Source: Takakia lepidozioides (lineage: Eukaryota > Plantae > Bryophyta). From it: 64,000 bases of DNA. Each line of letters begins with the position of its first letter. Position 1 is the stretch's first letter. The position numbers and the translations under genes were made by a program. Where the stretch lies: positions 27,714,001 through 27,778,000 of the forward strand of contig CM060733.1 in assembly GCA_030704615.1 (NCBI GenBank). The letters run 5' to 3'. Positions 37,200 to 48,213 of the stretch are shown here, piece after piece. The notes under the pieces were generated by a model, which worked only from the letters and a program-made list of their open reading frames with translations, was not told the origin of the DNA and made no database searches.

Positions 37200-38486
37200 T
37201 TGTGTGCCTCACCCCACACAGCGTGCACGTTAGTGCGGCATGCCCATGAGGAGTTGGGGCATTTTGGAGTGCGACGCACTCACAGTTTACTGCAGGGGCA
37301 GTATTGGTGGCGTGGTATGCATACAGAGGTGCAACAGTTCGTGGCTAGGTGCATGGTGTGTGACAGGGTGCGTGCTTCATTCAACGCCCCTACACCACAG
37401 TTGCATCCTTTACCAATCATGGGATTGGGCTACAGGTGGAGTCTTGACTTCGCAGGACCGTTGCCACTGACTATGCGCCACCACAGATATGTGTTGGTGA
37501 TGGTGGAGCACTTCTCCAAGTGGATTGAGTTGGTTCCATTGCCTGACAAGGCTAGTGAGGGGGCTGCGTATGCATTCTTGGATCGTGTGCTTAGCCGATT
37601 TGGTGCTCCAGCTGAGGTACTCACGGACCAAGGGAGAGAGTTCTTGGGGGAGTTTCAGGCTTTGTGTGATAAAGCCTTGATAGACCACCGCACCACTTCT
37701 CGGGATCATCCTGAGGCCGATGGCTTAGCAGAGAGAGTTGTTCAGACGGTGAAGAGGGGTTTGCGCAAGTATGGCTTGCAGAAGGGACACCTAGGAGATT
37801 GGGATCTTCAGGTTCCTTGGTTAGCCATGGGCTACAGGTTCAGCAAACAAGCATCACTTGCCTCCTTCTCACCATATTTCCTTCTCTTTGGCCGAGAGCC
37901 GGATTTGCCTGCAGCCATTCGTAGGGACACTGCTCAAGTCCTTAACCTTGACGATCCGGACGTGTGGGTACGTGCATGTGATCAGCGTGCAGAGTTGTTC
38001 AAGAAAGTCATGCCCATGGCTTTTGAGAACCTTGCCATTGCACAGCACCGTGATACGTTGAGGTATGCCACTATACGTGGTGGAGGATATCGTCCTGGGG
38101 TTCGGAGGTTTAGCCCTGGTGACTATGTTTATTTGCAGCAGACTGCTCCTACGACTCTGGATGTTACTGCAGGGGCGTGTTATTCTGAGGGTTCGAGAGG
38201 TGTTGCCCTCAGGGGTCCTGATCTTGGAGGGTCGGGATGGCATGACTTGGAAGGACCATGTGCGTAATTGTGCGCCATGTCACCTTCCCAATGTCGATGG
38301 CAGAGTTGACCCAAACTTGGCAGTGGTACCTGCAGGTTTGAGGTGCATGCTCTGTGGGTCTGCCAAAGGGCAGCCACCATGCTGGTGTGTGATCGATGCT
38401 CAAGGGGTTGGCATATGGGATGCTTGACACCACCTCTTGAGAAGGTTCCTGACGGAGATTGGTTGTGTCCCCACTGCTTGGGATAG
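37200..38486 (+). pseudogene. Integrase with C-terminal PHD finger (PHD 38344-38477)
   Basis: HEELGH..CMVC, WSLDFAGP, TDQGREF, AERVVQ; then CMLC..(1-nt shift)..CDRCSRGWHMGC..VPDGDWLCPHC, stop at 38484-38486. Confidence 0.92.
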
Positions 38487-38745
38487 TGGCAGTGGACCAT
38501 GACTGGAGGCAGCTAACAAGACATGGGAGGCCAAGCTCATAGGAGTCAATACATGAGATCCCAAGCTCAAGTTCACAGGTTGCAAGACGGCGACTAACGA
38601 TGGGGCAACTCTTGCACCCGGCCTCTTGATCTATCGAGTTTGAGTGTAGTAGGGATAGTGGTGGAGGACTTAGTGAGGCTATGGTCACTATCACATCTTG
38701 TGGCTACCTGGACTTAGAGGGACCTAAGCACCAGCTAGGGGCGAT

Positions 38746-39259
38746 TGTGTGGACTAGTGACTGCCATAGTGGGCAGCATAGTGGCAGCCTAGTGACTGAC
38801 TAGTTAGCCTAGTGGTTGGACTAGTGGGTGGACTAGTGGTGGACTAGTGGTATACTAGTGTGTGGTGTGCACATGTGTTGTGTGGTTTTGGACAGCGATG
38901 TAGTTGTGTAGCGATATGTATGCGCACGACAGCTGTCAAGTATTTTTACCACTAGTGTGAAACTAGCTAGGAAATAGCTAGCTTTTACATATTGACATTT
39001 GGGATTGGCCCAAGTGTCAATCCAGGGGTCAAGGCAGATTTAGGCCCTGGAGTGGTTATCTTCACGGCAGCGCGGGAGCTCATCTTTCTCGAGTTGAGCC
39101 TCACCGCGCCTAGCTATGGCGCCGTAGTGTGGATTCCCCATGGCGTGGGGTGCACTTGGCTTGACTTGTATTTGAGTGATGAGGTTATATATGCATGAGT
39201 TTATGCTTCAGCTTTGTGAGCTCGCATGAGCTTGTGCTTGTATCCTTCCTTCTTTATCA
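38746..39259 (+). repeat. Probable full 3' LTR of the DNMT-gypsy element; a second tandem copy begins at ~39261 and runs into the gap
   Basis: Purine-rich taggggcga precedes tgtgtggactag at 38746; ends tttatca; 39260-39430 repeats 38745-38929. Confidence 0.7.
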
Positions 39260-39430
39260 TTGTGTTGGACTAGTGACTGCCATAGTGGGCAGCATAGTGG
39301 CAGCTAGTGACTGACTAGTTAGCCTAGTGGTTGGACTAGTGGTGGACTAGTGGTATATAGTGTGGTGTGCACATGTGTTGTGTGGTTTTGGACAGCGATG
39401 TAGTTGTGTAGCGATATGTATGCGCACGAA

Positions 39431-39930
39431 NNNNNNNNNNNNNNNNNNNNNNNNNNNNNNNNNNNNNNNNNNNNNNNNNNNNNNNNNNNNNNNNNNNNNN
39501 NNNNNNNNNNNNNNNNNNNNNNNNNNNNNNNNNNNNNNNNNNNNNNNNNNNNNNNNNNNNNNNNNNNNNNNNNNNNNNNNNNNNNNNNNNNNNNNNNNNN
39601 NNNNNNNNNNNNNNNNNNNNNNNNNNNNNNNNNNNNNNNNNNNNNNNNNNNNNNNNNNNNNNNNNNNNNNNNNNNNNNNNNNNNNNNNNNNNNNNNNNNN
39701 NNNNNNNNNNNNNNNNNNNNNNNNNNNNNNNNNNNNNNNNNNNNNNNNNNNNNNNNNNNNNNNNNNNNNNNNNNNNNNNNNNNNNNNNNNNNNNNNNNNN
39801 NNNNNNNNNNNNNNNNNNNNNNNNNNNNNNNNNNNNNNNNNNNNNNNNNNNNNNNNNNNNNNNNNNNNNNNNNNNNNNNNNNNNNNNNNNNNNNNNNNNN
39901 NNNNNNNNNNNNNNNNNNNNNNNNNNNNNN
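39431..39930. other. Assembly gap (500 N)
   Basis: Run of N. Confidence 1.
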
Positions 39931-40857
39931 TCAGCGCCCTTTTCTCAAGTCTATCATGGAAAGGGCCTACTATCGGGTGAGCATAGCATGAGGAAATCCC
40001 ATGCCTATAGGGTAACATGTTTATCATGTATAGGGGTTACTTGTTTCTTAAGTGTTGTTGTGAAGGCCTATGTGAGCAGTCAAAAATAGTTTCTCAATTT
40101 TCGTTTCGTTGAAGAATATTTAAAAGGCATCTTAGGAATATACGGTATATTTGCTTGTGCTCACGTGAGTACGCTCAGTCGCTACCCAACCTCCTTTTTT
40201 TTTTAAATAAAAATAAATGGGACGGAGGCCTTGTAGATCATATTAAAGAAGCATGAAAAAATAACCATGCTGGGAGGCAATGAAGTCGATACATCATAAA
40301 GGGTTACACCCAGACCAGAACCCCCTCTGACCGTGGTTTGGAAAAATAAAGAACTTCGAGGTTAATCTCTTTGTCTTATAGGATGTGTTAGATAGCGCAA
40401 TCGCAACCCCCCCAGGTTATTCGGTATGACCTGCCCAAAGGGAATCCATCAACCGTAGATCTAATTGATATGTTCTTTAGGCAGGGGGAGGCTCTAATTA
40501 CTTGAGCCACATTTCATCCTCGGCCTCCGTCATGCCCAATATTTGCTACTATTTTCCCCTCTCCGGGGAACCTCTTTCCTCTGCCTCATGGCTTTCTTTT
40601 AAGCTTATTTTTTCCTTACTCTTAAATAAAATTTCCAGGGCTACAATCCCCCTGTTTTCTTAAAATAAAAAATGCACTAACTTACTCTAAGTTATCCCAC
40701 AAAAAGTCCCTCAAGAAAAAGCCTTCCCCTCACATATAAAACCCCCCTATGAGCGTGGTTTGAAAACATAAAAGCCCTATGAGCGTGGTTGGAAACACAA
40801 AATCCCATGACCGAGGTTCGTGTTCACGCCGTTGGCCTCACGCTAGGCTCACACGAT

Positions 40858-42605
40858 AAAAGTATCAAGGGGTCGCTCAAGGCCGTCTTCCGTTAAACCA
40901 AGCCCGCGCACGATCTCTCGCTCATCTCGGTGTCTGCGGCAGAGATCGCGTCCCAAGTTGCGAATCTGAGGTGCTGCACATCTCTGGATTCGAAGGGAAC
41001 TGGGTTCTTGCTGCGTTGTTGGGACGGGGTGTGCGTGCGTGTGTGTGCGGGAGGGTTGTTGATCTCTTGTGCTTCTCGCTCTCTCTCTCTCTCTCTCTCT
41101 CGTCGGTTTGTCTCTCTTCCATTGACTGTTTTCCCCCGCTTTTGGTGGATATTCTTCCCGCCTTTTTTCTTGGGGAGTATCATTCTGCCGTGGCTTGGTC
41201 TCTTAAGGTTTCCCTGTTTGTCGCTCACTTGTCTGGTGTCTCTACATATCTTGTGCTTCGTCCCGACTATATCTCGTTTTCATATTTTGTCGCTCTCTTG
41301 GGTTCTCTCCTAGAGCCCTATCTTGCCGTTGCTGGTGCACCCATCCTTCTCTGTTTGTCTCGGGTGTGTAACTTGTCTGTGCGGGGCCTCCCTGAATGCA
41401 TTTTCGCCTCCTTTCTGGGCGCCCTTGTTGATGTCCTGGAAATTGGCGGTGTCTCTCCTCTCCCCTCTTTCCCCAGCGGTGACTATTGTAAAGTAAGTGA
41501 ACGTACTCCTGTTAACCCACATTCTTGTCCTGTTTGCGGTTTGCCTTCTGCCTCCTTCGGTGCTTTCTTCTCGGACTTTGCTCCAAAACATCTTCCTTTC
41601 TCTGCTCTGGACTAGTATTTTCTCACTACAGCCATTCCCGTGTCTCAGGGGTCCTGTTTCTCGGCGCATTCATCCCCTCAGCATTACGAGTGTGCTTAGA
41701 ATTGCAAGGTAGGAAAAATGGTGGTGGGAGGTAACCAGTCGGGCAAAGGCGCTAAGGGACTGCTTCTAGGGAAGTCCACGGATAGCAACGACAAGAAGGA
41801 CAAGAAGAAACCCATATCAAGGTCCTCTCGTGCTGGTCTGCAGGTATTTTTCCCCCCTCCCCTCCCCTCCCCTCCCCTGCTCTCCTCTCCTCTACTCTCC
41901 CTCTCTCTGCTTGTCATGACCTCATTTTCGTTCATCGCACTGGGCGTTAGGCAGTGAATGCCGGTACTCCGTAGAGTGCCCGTGGATTGTCCTCCTGCAA
42001 CAGCAGGTGCGGCTTCCAGGAGGAATGCAACGCGCTGGTTGTTGCGTGGGCGGGCCCGGGTCTCAAACCGCCCGTCCCATGTGTTCCCTCTGGACGTCCA
42101 TGATGGGTGGCGGGAACCGAGCTCTAGGAGAGAGATAGAGAGAGGTCTGCACAATTGGTGTGAACATTAGCGACTTCAATCAACATGGGTTCTAGAGATA
42201 GAGAAAAGGAAAGAAAGAAAGAAAGAAAGAAAGAAAGGAAGAAATCTGATAACATCCACAGAAGAGAGGAGGGTTGTGTCTAAGGACATTTAGGACATGG
42301 AACTATTGCAAGCAGCAATAGGGGATATAGAGAACTTTACCAAAGAAAGTACTCATTAGACGTTGTTTGCTGTAGCCATGTGGCCATATACCCGGCGCCC
42401 AGTTTGGGCGGAACAAAAGCAGAAACTACGTTGGTGAGGGGCTCACTCCGGCAGTGTGACTTACCTTGATAGAGACAATTAGTTCAGGTTTTCCAGATAT
42501 CATCTAGAAAGCCCTCCACAAAGTATCAACTTGCTGTGTGTGAGCTGCCCAGCAATTAGACCCCAAGAGGACCAGGACTTTAGGCTCTGCCTCATGATTT
42601 TGAAA
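40858..42605. repeat. Right arm of the H2A.Z inverted duplication (partner 1-1746)
   Basis: Reverse complement of the window start. Confidence 0.95.
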
Positions 42606-44016
42606 TTTGGTGAACAGAGGTGCAGGGACAATGTTCTTGGTCCTCCTGAGGAGGGTCACTAACTGAATATCCCGGAAAATGTACCAAAGAGAGAGATAGT
42701 GGATATGGAGGAACATGAATTTAGATTTGAGAGGCTGAAAGTTTGGAGGGGAAGAGTGCCATGGAAAAGTGACTAAGAGCTTTATAGAGGACAGAAACAT
42801 TTAAAGGAAAATCATGTACTAGTTAGGGGGTTACGAAGAGTGGAGTCGATTTATTTGTACTGACGGATGAGTAAGGCATCTGCACTCAGTAATTGGATAG
42901 TGATCCAAGAATGATCGGTGTGGTTTAGACTGGAGTCTCAACATTCTTGGGTCCTGCTAATTTGTGGACCTACTCACAGAGCTGATTTTACACCAATGAA
43001 CCCTAGTTGTACCTTGCTGTGTTTCTTCAATTCTTTATCTGGTGGAACTATTTTTCTGCCACCTTTCCTGTGGTGTGAACGGATTGGAATGTTAGAGAGA
43101 GAGAGAGAGCAGCAACAGTGAAGGAATTAGAGCAGCAGGGGTGCCAAACAGAGGTGGAAAGTTCACTCTAATAGTGGGACTTACCTTAAAAGTTAAAGTT
43201 GGTTCTGGTCTTGCCGATGTAAAAAAGAGAACTCCTTACATGAGCACCAATCTGATGTAAGGATTTTCAGACTCAAGAAGCCAAAACCTTCTGGGGTTTG
43301 GACATGGGGCTTTTAAGGATTGAACATGGGGGAAGAAAGGGAGAATGGAGGCAAGGATTCTCTCTGGAGTTAATATATCTCCTCCCCAACTCAATCGAGA
43401 CTGTCTTCCAAATACTTGGGGCAAGCAACAGGGTGAGATTCAGATTTTATTACAAGCAAGATTTTTCTGCGGGGTGACAGGAAAACTATTCCATAAGAAC
43501 TCTGAAATCATCCACAGCTGTGCTGGAAGCTTGTTTCTGGGGACTCAAGTACCTGATAGCTAGATACGAAGACTTGAGGTGACGTCATGGTGTGTCACAT
43601 TGGATCAATAATGCCAACAGTCAACAAGCCCGTTTCATGGGGTGCAACCTGGCATGCCTGATTGACAGGTGCAATCTCCTGTTTAATGCTTGTCTGATTT
43701 GTTATGAGCTGTGCAGTTTCCAGTGGGGCGTATCCACCGGCTACTGAAGTCACGGGTGGCAGCCAATGGGAGAGTGGGAGCAACTGCTGCCGTCTATTCA
43801 GCAGCCATCCTGGAATACCTCACTGCTGAGGTGTTGGAGCTTGCTGGCAATGCTAGCAAAGATCTCAAAGTGAAGCGCATCACACCACGACATCTTCAGC
43901 TGGCAATTCGCGGAGACGAAGAGCTTGACACTTTGATAAAGGGTACCATTGCTGGAGGGGGTGTTATTCCGCACATCCACAAGTCCCTCATTAATAAGTC
44001 ATCAAAGAAGGACTAA
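41718..44016 (+). CDS. H2A.Z: Histone H2A.Z paralog B; exons 41718-41843 and 43717-44016 (141 aa)
   Basis: Spliced ..SRSSRAGLQ|[78 protein letters not shown]; GT-AG intron, phase 0. Confidence 0.95.
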
Positions 44017-45856
44017 GCAGTGCTAGGTGGCTACCAAGGGAGACTACAGTTTGCAAGAGCATTCACTGCATGTGGTGATGATACATATGGGAAGGTGCAG
44101 AAGTTCTACAGTTCCCCTCGTTACAAATTCTTGATGATTAGTGGCAAGTAGGGTGTCAGTCCAGACAGGGCGAGGTAGTGACTACAGGGTTAACAGAGGT
44201 GGTCATGTATAGAGAAAAGCCGGGCAGAAACAGAGTGAAGCTCAACATGCAAGAGCTTTAAAGGCCACCTGAGATTCTCAGTCTGCTTGTTTACTCCAGT
44301 GGTTTGGATGCTGTGTCGTGTGTCAGATTTGTAAGTTTACTAGATGCAGTTGCTAGTGTGTACTTCATGTTTCATCCCATTTGTCAGATACTGTCCTTTT
44401 TCACATCTCCTGTCTCAAATCATCCTACTTTTTGTCAGGTTCGAATTCTTTTGTGTCATTTCCAGCAGTGCTAGAGATTGGTAGTAACCACAACGAGCCA
44501 TGGAATCACCTTCTCTTCTGCCTTGGATGGTTCCAAGGTTGATTGCTGTGACTGTCAGCAGATTTTACTGGAATACATGAGATTGATGTGAAACATGTCG
44601 GTTCAGTGACAGTGTCCTTGACTGTATCTCTTCTTTGCGGGCCTAACAAGCTGCTCAGATCACTCTATATTGTGTAGATTGCATTAGTAAGGAGCACAGG
44701 ACATTCCACTGGATAGGTCAGAAACTTGGTAGCCATGCAGCCTTTGTAACAGGGTTGCCAGGGAAAATGTGGGCCTGAGCAGATGGCGCTTCTTTGAATA
44801 GAAACTGTGCACCACTAAATTGGGCGTACATTGGTGGGTGGGTATATTTGGAAACCAGACGAGACTCAGATCATGGTAGTGCTGATAAACCAGCAGACTT
44901 CTCATAAAGATGTAGCCATGTGCTGATGACCTAAATGACTGCATCAAGTCATACTACAACTCCCACTAAGGGGGCTGAAGTTCTCAGAGTGCTGTGTCAG
45001 AGGCAGCTTCTTCCAGTGGTCTAATACACCAGTAAGTCATTCTGCAGAGTGACTGTTTTCATAGTGTGTAACGGAGAGAGACCAAGAGAGGACAAGTTGA
45101 TCAAGGATGCCGCAATCTGGGCAACAACTTGCACTGTGCATGCAGAAGCACATCCATGGAACCAGGGACTTTGTTGTTCACTCGCCACCTCATTCACTGG
45201 CTTCGTCTTCATTGATGGAGATCCATCCAGACAATACTTTGTCACCTAGATATGACAAACCAACCATTCTATATAAGTTCATCTCCTTCATCTTGGTACA
45301 AAGATGGGGATTCTCGGTACAGAAAGTTGCAGTTCTGATCACAAATCTCAAAGTTCTACTGGAGTAAGAATACCTTTTCAGCAGTACACAAAATGTGAGC
45401 TCTACATGGGTGTGAGTGAGACAGCTACTTAATTACCTGGCAATTGCATGCTTCTGCCTGATTACCCTTCATCTAAACCCTGGCACAGAAGGACACCCAA
45501 ACAGCTGTATCCAGGAGGTCAAATGAGGACCTCTGGAGTCATAAAAAGATGCATTGCTTTGTTCACTTGTAGAATATATTCCAGATTTATCAGACTCTCT
45601 CTCAACAGAGGAGTCGCTTGCCCAAGTGTATACAAAAGATGAGAGTAAATACACAAAGTCAAGCCCAAATTGGTAGAGCTGTTGTGAGAGGTATAAGTGT
45701 GTGAAAGTCTTTCTAGTGCTCCACAAAACATATACTAGATAAGACATGCGGCGTGTTTTGTATTACAGGACTGCTCAGCACTTTGTCCTTCTTCCTCACC
45801 ACTCTGAAGGGAATACATTCGATCCAAAAAGTGTGATGACTTCAGCATTAAGACAA

Positions 45857-47419
45857 TCACAATGCGTCCATATAGTCATCCCCCCCAAACTCAGATCCAG
45901 CCCTACTATCCTCTTCTATTCTAAGGTCTGCCAGAAGCTCCTCCAAGGGCACTGATGGTGGCTCTTCTCCATCGGTCATAGATCCAGTCTCAGATTGCTC
46001 CCCGTAAGCAGGATCCCTGTAGAGAGCAATCTTTGAGCGCATCTCTGGATCCTCCTCCAGCTCCTCCAAAAACTTCTCATACTCTCCCATCCTCTTCTGT
46101 TCGTCCTGTCTGCCTCCGGCACTAGGATCAATATCCATAGCCAAAGCCTTGAGTTTCCAAGGCCTGGGTTTGCCCCGTTTCTTCAGCCGCCTCTCCTCAT
46201 AGCTTTTCTTCACCAGAACTGCATCTGGAAGTACCAATCCCTTGTACTTATTCAGTTCTAAATCGTTCGTGTTCGCCCCATGAAGATCATAACCCAAAGC
46301 ATAGTCCCCTACATGAAGAAGATGACCAAGATGTGTTCTCACAGTGAAGGTTGTGTCATTCTTGCCAAAATCTGAGGTGCGAGCAATCTGAACATCGACT
46401 AAAGAGTGCTTTCCACTGCTTCTGGCCATGCCTACGTCGCTTTCAATGTCTAAGACCACATACTCCACAAGTTGTTTGCTTGACAGAAGAGGCCTGTACG
46501 GTAGTCGCCAGTACTGGGATGCATCCACGTAAACGCTTCTCAAGGTTTGAGGATCAAGCAACAACAAGCTATTGGAAACCCGAGTGCAGAGTACCAAAGG
46601 CCCTATGTTGCCCAGCCCTGCTGCCACTTTCTGTGGCAGGCAGAGAAGGTCCTCTCTGCACACGGGACAAATCTCCACGGACATAGTGAACCGATAGTTG
46701 TATGTGTTGGATTTGGTGTCGTGGGACACCAGTTGCTTATCATGCCTGCTCTTGGTCGGAACCACATTCGACAAGAAGTCCAGAAATTTCAGGCCATGGC
46801 TTCTGTTTGCGAAATAAAAGTCAACACCATCATGCATCTGCTTGATGTTGACGGCTGAAACTGCTGCACCATGCTTGATAATAAGCTGTTCAAGAAAGAA
46901 AAAGGTCCTCTTATGATCCACTTTCTGTCGCACTTGGACACAAGCAATCCACTGATCAGGGTTTGCAGCCACCCTAGCGCACTTCTCACACATGTGGTCG
47001 TCCACCACATACTCTATCACATATGCCTGCTCGAGGATTGCCCCATTCACTACCTCCTTCTGAATTTTCAGCTTCACCTTCAGCCGCTTGGAATGCGGCT
47101 CCGTCCAAATGAACCCCGCATCTACCAGCCTCACTTTGTTGATGTTCTTCAACCTCTTGATACAGAAAGTCAGAAGCTCTTTAGACTCCAATTCTGCCTT
47201 CATCCAGGTGCGCGGCGGCTGGAGATAACGCTGGCACTCGGGGCAATACAGCACCGTCACAAACTTCTGAAGCCCTTCGGTGATGTCCACCTGCGATCTC
47301 AAGCAGGCAACGCACATGTTGGCGGCGTTGGGTGCCATGGAAACTCCACACATACAACACAACACCCGCCCCACTGTGTGCGGAACTGTGAACATGTCTG
47401 CCACCGGACCTTGCGCCAT
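45857..47419 (-). CDS. NMD3: 60S ribosomal export adaptor NMD3 (520 aa, single coding exon)
   Basis: N-terminal CxxC pairs, WTEPHSKRLKVK, VQVRQKVDHKRTFFFLEQL, acidic C-terminus with LEELLADL NES-like motif. Confidence 0.97.
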   Translation of the reverse strand: MAQGPVADMFTVPHTVGRVLCCMCGVSMAPNAANMCVACLRSQVDITEGLQKFVTVLYCPECQRYLQPPRTWMKAELESKELLTFCIKRLKNINKVRLVDAGFIWTEPHSKRLKVKLKIQKEVVNGAILEQAYVIEYVVDDHMCEKCARVAANPDQWIACVQVRQKVDHKRTFFFLEQLIIKHGAAVSAVNIKQMHDGVDFYFANRSHGLKFLDFLSNVVPTKSRHDKQLVSHDTKSNTYNYRFTMSVEICPVCREDLLCLPQKVAAGLGNIGPLVLCTRVSNSLLLLDPQTLRSVYVDASQYWRLPYRPLLSSKQLVEYVVLDIESDVGMARSSGKHSLVDVQIARTSDFGKNDTTFTVRTHLGHLLHVGDYALGYDLHGANTNDLELNKYKGLVLPDAVLVKKSYEERRLKKRGKPRPWKLKALAMDIDPSAGGRQDEQKRMGEYEKFLEELEEDPEMRSKIALYRDPAYGEQSETGSMTDGEEPPSVPLEELLADLRIEEDSRAGSEFGGDDYMDAL

Positions 47420-48213
47420 GACTCCTTACTCTCTTCTCTTCTTCCTATCTCCGAGTTATGCCCAGCTCCGATCCAAGTCGAACGATGCCCAGCCAAGAAT
47501 CAACAGGGAACCAAAATCAACAGCCGACCTTGGCAATTCTCAAACCCCCTCTCCACCCAAATCCTCAAACCCAATAACCTACTTCTCTTTGCAGTCCTGC
47601 TTCTCCCCTGCAATTTTTATAAAGGTCTGTTTAATCTTTCCTGATGATCTTGGGAAGAGGTTGAGGTTGGAGTCCATAGCCATCATCCCGTCATCCCGAC
47701 ACCCCCCGCCCCTTTCCTCCCCCCCCCCCCCCCCCCCCCCCCCCCCACCATCTTCCTCAACCTGAGACCAGATGAATGTCCTCTTGGATGGATAGGCAGA
47801 ACACTGGTAGATGAATGAATGCATCACGGATGTGCCAGACAGACGGGCACGAAAAACAAATTGCATTTTAGTCCATTGATTCTACGTGATGTAAATTTAA
47901 ATGGATGAATAGAAAACATTCACGGCAATGATGAAAATGGATTGAGGAAGCTCAACGATGTCCGTACTCTGGATGGATGTGAACCCCTTTAGACGGATGA
48001 ATTCTAGATGAATGAGCAGTGGATGGATGATGGAAATGAATTTAGAAAAACCCTCTTCTTCGATTACTGTGTGGGAAAGACGGATCGGTGGTGGGAAGGG
48101 AGAGAGAACGAGGAAGACGAGCTCGGGGATGGGGCTTCTGTATTAATCGAGTGCATCCACGAGTCGTCAGAGGAGGATTGCCAGTGTGAAGGGAAGATCT
48201 TGAGGGATCTGAG

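Larger units (their letters stand above)
30665..39430 (+). mobile_element. Ty3/gypsy LTR retrotransposon encoding gag-PR-C5 DNA methyltransferase-RT-RNase H-integrase-PHD finger
   Basis: Near-identical direct repeats 30665-30991 and 38934-39259; domains in gypsy order with DNMT motifs between PR and RT and a PHD after IN. Confidence 0.93.

Noticed and set aside
39347-40027. ORFs spanning the N run
   Set aside because: Artefact of the assembly gap
44684-45370. Possible F-box pseudogene remnant on the minus strand (..GNPVTKAAWLP..)
   Set aside because: Only one short motif and no coherent frame; insufficient support
46871-47765. Antisense ORFs over NMD3 (also those over PPR, pol and catalase exons)
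   Set aside because: Shadow frames of real coding sequence
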